Below are positions 30,377-41,055 of a stretch of DNA of 64,000 nucleotides, piece by piece. The stretch covers positions 80,260 through 144,259 of the forward strand of contig JAQUUH010000001.1 of the NCBI GenBank assembly GCA_028693955.1, written 5' to 3'. Each line of letters begins with the position of its first letter. Position 1 is the stretch's first letter. The notes under the pieces were generated by a model. It had not been told where the DNA came from. It made no database searches and saw only the letters and a list, made by a program, of their open reading frames with translations. A program made the position numbers and the translations under genes. Source of the stretch: Bacilli bacterium. GTDB lineage: Bacteria; Bacillota_I; Bacilli_A; RFN20; UBA1709.

Positions 30377-32695
30377 TTATTGTTTAAATGTGACTACAGT
30401 CGCACCTACTCCTCCTTCACCTGCTCCTCCAAGACGATATGATTCAATAAAGTTTTTATTATCTAAAAATTTGTGAACAGCCTTGCGTAAGACTCCTGTT
30501 CCAGACCCATGAATAATTCTAACAAATTTATAGTGCATTAAAAGAGCATCATCTAAGTATTTATCAAGAACTACTAATGCTTCATCTATATGCATTCCTA
30601 TTAAATTACATTCACTTAAAGTTTTTTCTTTTTTTGCCTTGCTTACAATAGTAATTTTAGGTTTTTCTAATTTTTTATTGTACTTTTGAAGTTGATTTTT
30701 ATTAATGTTTAACATAACATTACCAACCTCTACTCCATAATCATCCTTGTTAATTCTAACAACTCTAGCAGTTTTATTCAGCATGGGCAAAAAAACAATT
30801 TCATTAATACTAAAATCTTCATTTGATTTTGGAATATCACTTTCATTAGTGTCTATCATGTTTTTTATGCGATGTTTTGTTTGAATCCACTGGTGCATTT
30901 TAATTTCATCATTAGGAATACTTTTTAATTCATTTATAATTTTGTTTATTTCTTCTTCTGCATTACTTACTATTTTTTTTATTTCCTCATTGGATTCTTC
31001 TTTTATTTTCTCTTTTTCCTTCGATAATTCTTGTAATTTCAAATTATATTCAATAATTTTGTCATTCAATTCACTTTTTTCAATCTCTATATTTCTTTTT
31101 TGAGAATCAACCTCAGAAACTGCTTCTTCTAATTTTTCAATCATAATATCACTTTGAGAAGAATATTTTTTATAATATTTTAATGCCTCTTCAATAATAC
31201 TTTTCCTAAGTCCTAAACGTTGAGAAATTTCAAATGCATATGATTTACCAGAAACATCATATATTAATTTATATTTTGGCTCAATTTTATCAGAATCGAA
31301 CATTAATGATGCATTTGCTATATATCCTTCATCAATGGCAAATTTTTTTAAATTTGAATAATGAGTAGTTGCTAAAACAAGAGCATTCTTGCCATGAAAA
31401 TAATCTAAAATTGACATTGCTAGTGCCTCGCCTTGTCTAGGATCTGTTCCTCCACCTAATTCATCTACAATAATTAATGAATTTTCATCAACAGCATCTA
31501 CAATATTAATTATTTTTCTTAGATGTGAAGAGAAAGTCGATAATGATTGCTCAATTGACTGTTCATCTCCAATATCTACAAATATATTACTAAATACACT
31601 TAATTTTGCTTCAAAATCAACTGGAATAGCTAGTCCAGCTTGATTCATCATTACTAATAAACCAACAGTTTTTAAAGATACTGTTTTACCTCCGGTATTT
31701 GGACCTGTTACAAGAAGTATATTCTTAAAATTGTTTCCTATTTTAAAATCATTTGCTATTACTTTTTTAAAATCTAATAAAGGATGCCTTGCTTTAATTA
31801 GAAAAATCTCTTTATTATTAGATAATTCAGCTATTTTTGCATTGATTTGCTTACCATATGCACCTTTTGCAAACAAGAAATCTAACTCAACAATAAGTTC
31901 AAAATTTCTTTTGAAATCCTCGTAATTTTTTCTAACAATATCTGTTAATCCTTGAATTATTTTTTCAATTTCTTCACTTTCTTTATGTTTCAAAACCTGT
32001 AGCTTAGAATTTATACTAACAACTTCCTCGGGTTCAACAAAAAAAGTTTGGCCACTATCAGACTGATCATGAATAATTCCTCCAAATGCGTACTTATGAG
32101 CACTTTTAACTGGAATGACTAATCTATCATTTCTTATTGTTATAAGTAAATCGCTTAAATAATCTTCATTATTTTTAAGATATTTATTAAGAGTCTTTCT
32201 TATCTCATTTTCTTTATTTTTAATCTCTTTTCGAATATTGCTTAAAACTGATGAAGCATTGTCGTAAATTGTTAGTGTAGGAGAAATACAACGCTCTACT
32301 TCTTTTTTTAATTCCATAATTGGATTTAATGAATTGCATATGTAGTTAAAATTATCTATATTTGTCATTTCAATTGATTTAGCAAAAGATTTAATTCTAC
32401 TTATTCCTTCTGCCTGAATAGAAATATGATATAATTCCTCGATAGATAAATTTCCTCCTTTATAGGCTCTATCAAGTGATGGTAAAATCTCATGTATAAA
32501 GTCTATAGGACATTTTCCATATTTGTATGTTATATTCAAAATTTCTTCAGTTTTTTTAAGTTCTTCTTCAATATAGTAATAATCAGTACTAACTTCTAAA
32601 TTTATAATTTTAGTTTTAGCAGACAAAGTGACTGCAAAATTAGCAAGTTTTTCTAAAACAGTATTAAATTCTAAAATCTCGTTTATGCTACGCAT
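30377..32695 (-). CDS. mutS2: endonuclease MutS2
   Basis: A MutS domain with Walker A GPNTGGKT, a long coiled coil and a C-terminal Smr domain are present. The true start is ATG at 32695 (MRSINEILEF) with an AGAGGTGA RBS. The track ORF is over-extended. Confidence 0.85.
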   Translation of the reverse strand: MRSINEILEFNTVLEKLANFAVTLSAKTKIINLEVSTDYYYIEEELKKTEEILNITYKYGKCPIDFIHEILPSLDRAYKGGNLSIEELYHISIQAEGISRIKSFAKSIEMTNIDNFNYICNSLNPIMELKKEVERCISPTLTIYDNASSVLSNIRKEIKNKENEIRKTLNKYLKNNEDYLSDLLITIRNDRLVIPVKSAHKYAFGGIIHDQSDSGQTFFVEPEEVVSINSKLQVLKHKESEEIEKIIQGLTDIVRKNYEDFKRNFELIVELDFLFAKGAYGKQINAKIAELSNNKEIFLIKARHPLLDFKKVIANDFKIGNNFKNILLVTGPNTGGKTVSLKTVGLLVMMNQAGLAIPVDFEAKLSVFSNIFVDIGDEQSIEQSLSTFSSHLRKIINIVDAVDENSLIIVDELGGGTDPRQGEALAMSILDYFHGKNALVLATTHYSNLKKFAIDEGYIANASLMFDSDKIEPKYKLIYDVSGKSYAFEISQRLGLRKSIIEEALKYYKKYSSQSDIMIEKLEEAVSEVDSQKRNIEIEKSELNDKIIEYNLKLQELSKEKEKIKEESNEEIKKIVSNAEEEINKIINELKSIPNDEIKMHQWIQTKHRIKNMIDTNESDIPKSNEDFSINEIVFLPMLNKTARVVRINKDDYGVEVGNVMLNINKNQLQKYNKKLEKPKITIVSKAKKEKTLSECNLIGMHIDEALVVLDKYLDDALLMHYKFVRIIHGSGTGVLRKAVHKFLDNKNFIESYRLGGAGEGGVGATVVTFKQ

Positions 32696-32750
32696 TTTGC
32701 TCACCTCTTTATTATGATAGCAAAATCTTCTTATTTTTAACATAAAAATG

Positions 32751-32759
32751 TGATATAAT
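32751..32759 (+). promoter_or_regulatory. candidate extended -10 promoter for rnhC
   Basis: TGaTATAAT lies at 32751-32759, 20 nt upstream of the AAAGGAAG RBS and the ATG at 32780, in the divergent mutS2/rnhC intergenic region. Confidence 0.35.
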
Positions 32760-32779
32760 GTATTAAAAGGAAGAAGATT

Positions 32780-33670
32780 ATGATAAGAAATACTTTTACT
32801 ATTTTGGTTGATAAAGCAACTATTGAAAAAATGCGCAAATTATATCAAGAATGCATTGTTGAGAATGAAAATGAATATCTTGATTTTTTTGCTAAGAATG
32901 AAAATTGTTCAATAAGTGTATATAAATCTGGAAAAGTTGTATTTCAAGGAAACAAAGCCATTTATGAAGCATCAATATGGGAACCAGAAATTATTAATGC
33001 CCCATTAAAAGATAATGAATTTACATTTGAAGGTTCACACGCTGGGAGTGATGAGGTTGGCACAGGAGATTTTTTTGGACCAATTATTGTTGTAGCAGCA
33101 TATGTTGATGAAAAATATTTTAACGCTTTAACTAATTTAGGAGTTAAAGATTCAAAAAAATTAACAGATCAAAAGATAAAAGTGATTGGACATGAGCTAT
33201 TAAAGTTCATACCTTATTCTCATTTGCGTTTAAATAATGAAAAATATAATGAAATGGTTGAAAAAGGTTATAATATGAATAAATTGAAAGCTTATCTTCA
33301 TAACAAAGCTCTTATTAATTTAGAAAAAAAACTAAATAAAAAGATAGAATATAGTGTAATAGATCAATTTACTCCTGAAAATCTCTACTATGCTTATTTA
33401 AAAGATGAAATAATTGTTGAAAAAAATATAAAATTTATTACAAAAGGAGAAATTCATTCAATTGCAGTTGCCGCTGCATCAATAATTGCTCGCTACTCCT
33501 TTCTTATTTGCCTTGAAAAAATTGAAAAAGAATATCAAATTAAATTATTAAAAGGAGCTAGTAAGCAGGTTGATGTCAGAGCAAAAGAGATATATAAGAA
33601 AATAGGGAAAGATAATTTCCGAAAAATTGCTAAATTAAATTTTAAAAATTATGAAAGACTAGAATCTTAA
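32780..33670 (+). CDS. rnhC: ribonuclease HIII
   Basis: An N-terminal DUF3378-type domain and an RNase HII-fold catalytic core (DEVGTGDFFGPIIVVAAYV) are present. It is 296 aa. Confidence 0.8.
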   Translation: MIRNTFTILVDKATIEKMRKLYQECIVENENEYLDFFAKNENCSISVYKSGKVVFQGNKAIYEASIWEPEIINAPLKDNEFTFEGSHAGSDEVGTGDFFGPIIVVAAYVDEKYFNALTNLGVKDSKKLTDQKIKVIGHELLKFIPYSHLRLNNEKYNEMVEKGYNMNKLKAYLHNKALINLEKKLNKKIEYSVIDQFTPENLYYAYLKDEIIVEKNIKFITKGEIHSIAVAAASIIARYSFLICLEKIEKEYQIKLLKGASKQVDVRAKEIYKKIGKDNFRKIAKLNFKNYERLES

Positions 33671-33690
33671 AATAATTATTCTGGTCTTTT

Positions 33691-34296
33691 TTAATATTGG
33701 AATATTTTTATTTTTTTAAATGTTAAAAGAAAAAAATCAACAAGAGGACCGATTGTTATAATTGCTATTATTGAACCAAATCCAACTATTCCTCCCAATA
33801 AGTATCCAATTATAAATAATATTGCATCAAAAATAATTTTTACATACCTAAAATGAGTCTTTAGTTTTTCTTGAATTGCAACTACAACGGATTCAAAAGG
33901 AGATAGTCCTAATTTCATGGAAATATAAATAGCAATTCCTAATGCTGCCAATATAATTCCTAATATTAACATTAGAATTTTTAAATGAATTTTGTCAGGA
34001 GTTGTTAAAAGAGAAATACTTGTAAAAAAATTAACTATTGGACCAATTAATAATGACATAAATGTTCCATAACTTATTAGATCTTTTCTTAAAAAAAGCA
34101 TAACTAATATGAAAAAAGAATTAGTAATTATTATTCCATAACCAAAATCCAAGCCTAAAAATGTAGCAACTCCTTGATTAAAGACAGTTAAAGCATCACT
34201 ACCAATGTTTGCAGTGACAAAAAAATAGCCACCAAGACCTAGTAAAACTACACTAATAAAAACCCAAAACAATCTATAAAAAAATCTATTTTTCAT
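33691..34296 (-). CDS. integral membrane protein (about 6 TM), function unknown
   Basis: It is 201 aa and very hydrophobic. It overlaps the upstream deaminase gene by 11 nt, so the two are co-transcribed. Confidence 0.5.
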   Translation of the reverse strand: MKNRFFYRLFWVFISVVLLGLGGYFFVTANIGSDALTVFNQGVATFLGLDFGYGIIITNSFFILVMLFLRKDLISYGTFMSLLIGPIVNFFTSISLLTTPDKIHLKILMLILGIILAALGIAIYISMKLGLSPFESVVVAIQEKLKTHFRYVKIIFDAILFIIGYLLGGIVGFGSIIAIITIGPLVDFFLLTFKKIKIFQY

Positions 34297-34756
34297 TTAT
34301 AAAATTTATTCCTATTTTATCAATTTTTCTATAATTCACACCAGCAGAATCTAACATTTTTTTAGATGCAATGACGCTATCAGAATCCGCATATTTATCT
34401 TCCATATAAACAATCTCTTTAATACCACTTTGTATTATTGCTTTTGCACATTCATTACATGGGAAAAGAGAAACATATATTCTACAATCATCCAAAGCTT
34501 TTATGCTATTCAAAATAGCATTTAATTCAGCATGAACCACATATGGATACTTTGTATCAGCAAATTTACCTGAATTACACCATGGAAAATCCGCATCTTC
34601 GCAACCTTTAGGAAATCCATTATAACCCGTCCCAACAATACGATTATTTTTATTTACTATACATGCACCAACTTGAGTATTAGGATCTTTAGAACGCATA
34701 CCAGAAAGTAAAGAAACTCCCATGAAGTATTCATCCCAATTAATAATTTTTCCCAT
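34286..34756 (-). CDS. comEB: dCMP/cytidine deaminase (ComEB-like)
   Basis: The zinc-binding motifs HAELNAI and PCNECAKAI are present. It is 156 aa. Confidence 0.8.
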   Translation of the reverse strand: MGKIINWDEYFMGVSLLSGMRSKDPNTQVGACIVNKNNRIVGTGYNGFPKGCEDADFPWCNSGKFADTKYPYVVHAELNAILNSIKALDDCRIYVSLFPCNECAKAIIQSGIKEIVYMEDKYADSDSVIASKKMLDSAGVNYRKIDKIGINFINEK

Positions 34757-34824
34757 AATAATTTTCTCCTTATCACAAATAAAAGTATATTTTAAAAACT
34801 AAACTATTGCAAACTTAAAATCTT

Positions 34825-35748
34825 TTATAAAGTTCCTTTGTTTTTCAAAATATTTAAAACATTAACAAAATAATCTGGCAAATCACATTCAAATTTCATT
34901 TTTTTGTTACTTACTGGATGATTTAAAATTAAGCATTTTGCATGCAAAAGTTGACCATTTAGAAATTCAAACTTTTTACCACCATACAATAAATCTCCTA
35001 TAATTGGGTGATGAATGTACGCCATATGGACTCTTATTTGATGAGTACGACCTGTTTCCAATTTACATTCAATCAATGTATAACCATTGAATCTTTCTAT
35101 AACTTTAAAATGTGTGACTGCGTTTTTTCCAGAACTAACAACTGCCATTTTTTTACGATTGTTGAGATGTCTTCCTATTGGAGCAATTATTTCTCCCTCA
35201 CTATGCTCCATTTCACCACCAACAATTGCATAATATACCCTTGATGCTGTTTTATTTTTCAATTGCTCAGCTAATTTTTCATGAGCAAAATCATTTTTTG
35301 CAACCATCAATAGACCACTTGTATCCTTATCAATTCTATGAACAATTCCTGGACGAATACTACCATTAATAGAACTTAAGTTGTTCTCGAAATGATATAA
35401 TAAAGCATTTGCTAAAGTGCCACTATAGTGTCCATTTGCTGGATGTACTACCATCCCTTGAGGTTTATCAATAATTATTAAATCATCATCTTCATAAATT
35501 ATCTTTAATGGAATATTTTCTGGTGTAATTTTAGAATCACTTATCGGGATAATTTCGATTGTGATAACATCACCTGCAGATGTTTTGTAAGATGGTTTTA
35601 CTTCTTTATCATTAACTAAAATATCTCCATTATTTATCATATTCTGGATTCTAGTCCTTGAAAATGAAGAATAAATGTTAGAAATAAATTTATCTATTCT
35701 AGTACTTTCCATATTACTTTCAACAACAATTGTTAATAAATCATCCAT
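34825..35748 (-). CDS. rluD: RluA-family 23S rRNA pseudouridine synthase (RluD-like)
   Basis: An N-terminal S4 domain and the catalytic motif HRIDKDTSGLLMVAK are present. It is 307 aa. Confidence 0.8.
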   Translation of the reverse strand: MDDLLTIVVESNMESTRIDKFISNIYSSFSRTRIQNMINNGDILVNDKEVKPSYKTSAGDVITIEIIPISDSKITPENIPLKIIYEDDDLIIIDKPQGMVVHPANGHYSGTLANALLYHFENNLSSINGSIRPGIVHRIDKDTSGLLMVAKNDFAHEKLAEQLKNKTASRVYYAIVGGEMEHSEGEIIAPIGRHLNNRKKMAVVSSGKNAVTHFKVIERFNGYTLIECKLETGRTHQIRVHMAYIHHPIIGDLLYGGKKFEFLNGQLLHAKCLILNHPVSNKKMKFECDLPDYFVNVLNILKNKGTL

Positions 35749-36220
35749 TTTTTACCTTCTTTTCATCAATATACATGAATAGAATTAACGCTATAGTTCC
35801 ACAAACTACACAAATGTCTGCAAAATTAAAAACCGGAAAATTATAACCAAAAACATAGAAATCTAAAAAATCTACAACTCTTCCATAAAAAAGTCTATCA
35901 ATCCAATTTCCAATAGCTCCACCAATTATTAAAATAATTGATATATTGCCAAAAACTGAACGATTTTTTTGATATTTGAAATAGTATATGCTAAATCCTA
36001 TTGCAGTAATTGTTGATATTCCTACAAGAAGCCACCTACTATTTGAAAAACTAGACCATGCAGCACCCGTATTATAAATTAAAGTAAAATAGAAAAAATT
36101 ATTAATTATTTCAATAGGATTTCCTTCAATCAAATTAACTTCAGCTATATACTTTGTTAATTGGTCAACTACTATCAGCAATGGTACTAACAAAAATAGA
36201 AATACTTTTCTTCTATTCAC
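35741..36220 (-). CDS. lspA: lipoprotein signal peptidase II
   Basis: It is 159 aa with 4 TM helices and conserved Asp/Asn residues of the LspA family. It overlaps rluD by 8 nt. Confidence 0.85.
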   Translation of the reverse strand: MNRRKVFLFLLVPLLIVVDQLTKYIAEVNLIEGNPIEIINNFFYFTLIYNTGAAWSSFSNSRWLLVGISTITAIGFSIYYFKYQKNRSVFGNISIILIIGGAIGNWIDRLFYGRVVDFLDFYVFGYNFPVFNFADICVVCGTIALILFMYIDEKKVKNG

Positions 36221-38990
36221 CAGTTTTTCCTCCCCATTTTATTGCTTTTGATACTGCTTCTTGACATCTTGGGCATATATTTTGATTATTTAATTGTCCT
36301 TTAGGAAATCTATTCCAGCATCTTTCACATTTGTCTCCGCTATCTTTTGTTACCAAAACTTTACATACATCATAATGAACTGCTTGTAAATCACTTACTT
36401 CGTTCAATGATGATACGATAAATAATCTTATTTTTTCTTGGTAAGAGAATTTTTCAAAAACTTTTTTTACATCATTATTTATTATTTCTAGTTTTAAACT
36501 TGCTTCTTGACTAGAACCAATAAATGCTGCTGTTCTTGCCTCTTCAAGAGCTTTTAAAATATCGCTTCTTAATTTCATAATTAATGAATATTCTTTTAAT
36601 AAGTCCTCATTAATTACTGCTTCTTTTTTAGGCATATTTAAAAGATGAACAGATTCCTTGGTTTTATCATACCATAAATCATATACTTCTTCACAAGTAT
36701 GAGGTAAAATCGGAGATAATAATCTTACTAAAACATATAAAGTTTTATTTAATACTGTTTGGACTTGTCTTCTTCTATGAGAGTCATATTCATCACAATA
36801 TAAGATATCCTTTGTTAAATCCAAATAAAATGAACTTAAATCAATTGACATAAAATTTATTACCTCTGATGTAACAGTTGAAAAATCATAATTATCATAT
36901 GCAAATAAGCAATTATTTACAACAACTTTTAGTTTTTCTAATATATATGTATCAACGACATCAAAATCTTGAACACTATCTTTTTCAGCATCAAAATATC
37001 CTAATGTATTTTTAACTCCTAGATTGCCTATTAAGAATCTAAAAGTGTTTCTAATCTTTCTATATTGCTCTGCTGATTGTTTAATTATCTCATTTGATAT
37101 TCTCACATCTGCTTGATAATCAACGCTTGCGACCCATAACCTTAAAATATCTGCTCCAGAATTTGCAATAATCTTATTAGGATCTATTGTATTTCCTAAA
37201 GATTTAGACATTTTATTGCCTTTACCATCTAATACAAAGCCATGAGAAACACATGTTTTGTATGGTGAGCAATCATTGACTGCAGTTCCAATAATTAATG
37301 ATGAGTTAAACCATCCGCGATATTGATCACTACCTTCAAGATATAAATCAAATGGATACTTATAACCTCTTTCTACCAAAACACTAGTATGTGATGATCC
37401 AGAATCAAACCAAACATCCATTATATCTGTTTCTTTCTTATATTTACCATTTGGAGATAATGGATTACTATATCCTTCTGGTAAAAGTTCTTCTGCTGTT
37501 TTTTCAAACCAAACGTTTGAACCATATTTTCTAAATAATTCAACAAAATGATTAAAAAGTTTTTTATCAAAAATAGGTGTACCATCTTCAGCATAGATAA
37601 TAGTAATTGGAACTCCCCACGCTCTTTGACGCGATATACACCAATCACCACGATTAGCAATCATGTTTGCAAGTCTAACTTCTCCCCAAGCAGGATACCA
37701 TTTAATTTTTTTAATTTCTGAAAGTAACTTATCTCTTATTTTATCTATAGAACAAAACCATTGATCAGTTGCTCTAAAAATAACTGGTTTTTTTGTTCTC
37801 CAATCATGAGGATAAGAGTGAACCATTTTTTCGCTTCCAAGTAACGCTCCACAATTAGCTAGCATTTCCAAGACTTTTTCATTAGCCTTTTCATAAAATA
37901 GTCCTTCTAATTCAGGTCCTGCATCTTTCATCATAAACCCTCTAGAATCAACAGGACAATAAGTTGGTAATCCATATTTTTGTGCTACAAAAAAATCATC
38001 TTCTCCATGACCAGGTGCTGTATGCACACAACCACTACCAGCATCATTTGTGACATGATTACCCAATATAACTAAAGAATTCCTATCATAAAATGGATGT
38101 TTTGTTTCTACATACTCCAAATCTTTTCCTTTTAATACTTTTCGTAATTTTAAAATTTTGAATCCTAGCTTTTCTTTTAAAGAATCGGCAAATTCCTTTA
38201 AAAATATAAAAACACCTTTATCAGTTTCATAAACACCATACTCATAATTAGGATTTAAGCAAATAGCAAGATTCGCGGGGATTGTCCATGGAGTTGTAGT
38301 CCATATAATAAAGGACTCATCTCCTATTAATAAATCATTCTTTTTAATGACTTTAAATGCAACATATATTGAATATGATGTGACATCTTTATATTCAATT
38401 TCTGCTTCTGCTAGTGCAGATTCACTAGAAGGAGACCAAAATACAGGCTTTTTACCTTTAAAAATAAATCCTGACATTGCCATATCAGCAAAAACCTTAA
38501 TTTGTGCTGCTTCAAAACTATGCTGTAATGTCATATATGAATTTTCATAATCACCTAAAACAGCAAGTTTTAAAAATTGATTTTTTTGTTTTTCAACTTG
38601 TTCAAGTGCATATTTTTCGCATAGCTTTCTATAATCCACTATATTTATTTCTTTTCTATTTATTCCCTTTTTTTGTAAAACAGTTTCAATAGGAAGACCA
38701 TGAGTATCCCACCCAGGTATAAATGGCGTGTAAAATCCTGACATACTTTTATATCTAATAACAAAGTCTTTTAGTACTTTGTTCATAGCATGCCCGCAAT
38801 GAATATCTCCATTTGCATATGGTGGTCCATCATGAAGCATAAATCTAGTCTTGCCTAAATTTTTTTTCAAAATTTGATCATATAATTTCATTTTATCCCA
38901 TCTTTTTTGAAATTCTGGTTCCTTTTTAGGTAAATTACCTCTCATTTCAAAAGAAGTTTTGGGCATTGTAAGTGTATCTTTTAATTCCAT
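36213..38990 (-). CDS. ileS: isoleucyl-tRNA synthetase
   Basis: HIGH (PPYANGDIHCGHA), KMSKS and C-terminal zinc-finger Cys pairs are present. The true start is ATG at 38990 (MELKDTLTMPKTSFEMRG) with a GAAGGG RBS. The track ORF runs 21 codons upstream into the T-box terminator. Confidence 0.9.
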   Translation of the reverse strand: MELKDTLTMPKTSFEMRGNLPKKEPEFQKRWDKMKLYDQILKKNLGKTRFMLHDGPPYANGDIHCGHAMNKVLKDFVIRYKSMSGFYTPFIPGWDTHGLPIETVLQKKGINRKEINIVDYRKLCEKYALEQVEKQKNQFLKLAVLGDYENSYMTLQHSFEAAQIKVFADMAMSGFIFKGKKPVFWSPSSESALAEAEIEYKDVTSYSIYVAFKVIKKNDLLIGDESFIIWTTTPWTIPANLAICLNPNYEYGVYETDKGVFIFLKEFADSLKEKLGFKILKLRKVLKGKDLEYVETKHPFYDRNSLVILGNHVTNDAGSGCVHTAPGHGEDDFFVAQKYGLPTYCPVDSRGFMMKDAGPELEGLFYEKANEKVLEMLANCGALLGSEKMVHSYPHDWRTKKPVIFRATDQWFCSIDKIRDKLLSEIKKIKWYPAWGEVRLANMIANRGDWCISRQRAWGVPITIIYAEDGTPIFDKKLFNHFVELFRKYGSNVWFEKTAEELLPEGYSNPLSPNGKYKKETDIMDVWFDSGSSHTSVLVERGYKYPFDLYLEGSDQYRGWFNSSLIIGTAVNDCSPYKTCVSHGFVLDGKGNKMSKSLGNTIDPNKIIANSGADILRLWVASVDYQADVRISNEIIKQSAEQYRKIRNTFRFLIGNLGVKNTLGYFDAEKDSVQDFDVVDTYILEKLKVVVNNCLFAYDNYDFSTVTSEVINFMSIDLSSFYLDLTKDILYCDEYDSHRRRQVQTVLNKTLYVLVRLLSPILPHTCEEVYDLWYDKTKESVHLLNMPKKEAVINEDLLKEYSLIMKLRSDILKALEEARTAAFIGSSQEASLKLEIINNDVKKVFEKFSYQEKIRLFIVSSLNEVSDLQAVHYDVCKVLVTKDSGDKCERCWNRFPKGQLNNQNICPRCQEAVSKAIKWGGKTGE

Positions 38991-39316
38991 TTTAATCATC
39001 CCTTCATAAATAAAAAAAGTTCCTAACATAGGAACGAAAAACCGTGGTACCATCCTGATTCGCGAAAAAAATCACGCACTAATATGTGTTAACGCCACCA
39101 ACGGAAATTCTTACTAATTTCAGAATATCGCTCAGAAGTGATAAAACAATAGGTCAACAGAGGTTTTTCACCATACAACCACTCTCTAAATGAATTACTA
39201 CATTTCATTTCTTCATCAACGTTTTCTAATATTTCTTAATATAAATTAAGATAGGAAAATTTTGGCATACATCTTGATATTTGTCAACCAAATATTAATA
39301 TATTAAAACATATTCA
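38991..39316 (-). promoter_or_regulatory. T-box riboswitch leader of ileS
   Basis: Antiterminator core AGGATGGTACCACGG (plus 39042-39056) is followed by terminator hairpin GTTCC-taacata-GGAAC (39019-39035) and a 7-U run before the RBS. Confidence 0.7.
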
Positions 39317-39823
39317 CTAAATATTTCTTCGAAGTGAATTGTCCATATTTTCATTTTTTATCATAGGACTAAAAATGAAAGTTGAATTATTTATTCTTTT
39401 TACATCGGCTTTTAAAGCATAAGCGACTCCACACAAAAAATCAATTATACGTGTCGCACTGTGATTTTTTGAGTCATTTCTTATTAAGACTTCCAAATTA
39501 ACAATAACGACTTTACCATTCATTATTTCTTTTGAAATTTTCTCAGCCTCTTCATAAGCAGAAGGAGTATATACAGCAGCACTTGATAGACTTGAATCAT
39601 TAAATTGTGTAGTATAATTTTGATTTTTATTGTTATCAAAATCATATTTACTCTTTGGAGATGTAAAATCACTAAAATCATCTTTTGATTGAACTACTGG
39701 TCCTCTTGGTACTTGAGGATTATTTCCAAAATATGATTTTTCAGATTCAGAAGTTTTCATCATATCAGATAATGAATTTTCTTCTGTTGGAAATAAAAAT
39801 CTCTTTAATTTATCTCCTGCCAT
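39317..39823 (-). CDS. sepF: cell division protein SepF
   Basis: It is 168 aa. The C-terminal core KEIMNGKVVIVNLEVL...IIDFLCGVAYAL resembles the SepF/YlmF fold. It lies immediately downstream of ftsZ. Confidence 0.7.
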   Translation of the reverse strand: MAGDKLKRFLFPTEENSLSDMMKTSESEKSYFGNNPQVPRGPVVQSKDDFSDFTSPKSKYDFDNNKNQNYTTQFNDSSLSSAAVYTPSAYEEAEKISKEIMNGKVVIVNLEVLIRNDSKNHSATRIIDFLCGVAYALKADVKRINNSTFIFSPMIKNENMDNSLRRNI

Positions 39824-39859
39824 ATAACCTACCTCCTTTCAATAATGACATTGCTCAAA

Positions 39860-41038
39860 TTAATCTACTCTTTTTTTCCTTAAAAATGAAGGAATCAAAG
39901 TTGTATCTTCAATATTTGGTTCTTTATTGTTTTTATTATCCAAATTTTCGATTTCTGGTTGTTGTTTGACAGTTTTTAAAGAATTTGGATCAAGTTTAGA
40001 AATAGTGTTATTAATTTGCGAAGAATTCATACCTTTTGTTTGGTTATTACCATAAATTTTCGTTTCAATTCTATGCATATCAGAGCCTATAAATTCTGTT
40101 GCAATAACGGTAACAAACATTCTATCACCAAGAGACTCATCATAAGAAACTCCAAATATTACATTAATATCGTTATCTCCTGCTGCACTTCTAACAATAT
40201 CTACAGCATCATTAGCATCTACCAAAGTCATTGAAGATCCTCCTGATACATTTACTATTGCATTTTTAGCACCTTTAATTGAAGCTTCTAGTAAAGGTGA
40301 AGAAACTGCTGCAGTTGCTGCATCTCTTGCTCTATTATCACCATCTCCATACCCCATACCAATAAGTGCGGTTCCTTTATCTTTCATTATATTATAAACA
40401 TCAGCAAAATCTAGATTGATTATTGAAGGTTTAAGTATCAAATCTGTTATTGTTTTAACAGAATGACATAAAACATTATCAGCTTCTTTAAATGAATCCT
40501 TCAATGGTATTCCACCACTCATTTGTAATAATTGATCATTAGAAACAACAATTAGTGAATCAACATAATTACGTAGTTTTTGCAAACCTTCAACAGCATT
40601 AGCATTTCTTATTTTGCCTTCAAAATTAAACGGACGAGTAACAATACCTATTGTTAATGCCCCTAATTCTTTAGCAATCCTTGCAATTACAGGTGCAGCA
40701 CCAGTACCAGTGCCACCTCCCATACCAGCAGCAATAAACACCATATCAGCACCTCTAAGATTATTCCTAATGGTATCTTCACTAGCTTCTGCCGCTTTAA
40801 ATCCTACCTCTGGGTTAGCTCCTGCACCTAATCCTTTAGTGATTTCATAACCAAGAGGAAATCTATTTTGACATTTGGAAACAAACAAAACTTGAGCATC
40901 AGTATTTGTAACCCAAAACTCTACTCCTTCTATATTTTCATCAATCATTCTATTGACAGCGTTATTTCCGCCACCACCAACTCCAATGACTTTTATGTTA
41001 GCGACATATTCAGATATCGAATTTTCCCTATTATCCAT
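39860..41038 (-). CDS. ftsZ: cell division GTPase FtsZ
   Basis: The tubulin signature GGGTGTGAAPVIA and the T7 loop are present. It is 392 aa. Confidence 0.95.
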   Translation of the reverse strand: MDNRENSISEYVANIKVIGVGGGGNNAVNRMIDENIEGVEFWVTNTDAQVLFVSKCQNRFPLGYEITKGLGAGANPEVGFKAAEASEDTIRNNLRGADMVFIAAGMGGGTGTGAAPVIARIAKELGALTIGIVTRPFNFEGKIRNANAVEGLQKLRNYVDSLIVVSNDQLLQMSGGIPLKDSFKEADNVLCHSVKTITDLILKPSIINLDFADVYNIMKDKGTALIGMGYGDGDNRARDAATAAVSSPLLEASIKGAKNAIVNVSGGSSMTLVDANDAVDIVRSAAGDNDINVIFGVSYDESLGDRMFVTVIATEFIGSDMHRIETKIYGNNQTKGMNSSQINNTISKLDPNSLKTVKQQPEIENLDNKNNKEPNIEDTTLIPSFLRKKRVD

Positions 41039-41055
41039 AACAATTCCTCCTGTCT

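Noticed and set aside
33671-33690. Terminator between convergent rnhC and the membrane-protein gene
   Set aside because: Only a 5-bp AGAAT/ATTCT stem with a 12-nt loop precedes the T-run. That is insufficient for a confident intrinsic terminator call.
40614-40850. 78-aa Pro/Ala-rich plus-strand ORF
   Set aside because: It is antisense to the glycine-rich nucleotide-binding region of ftsZ (GGGTGTG...) and is a complement artefact.
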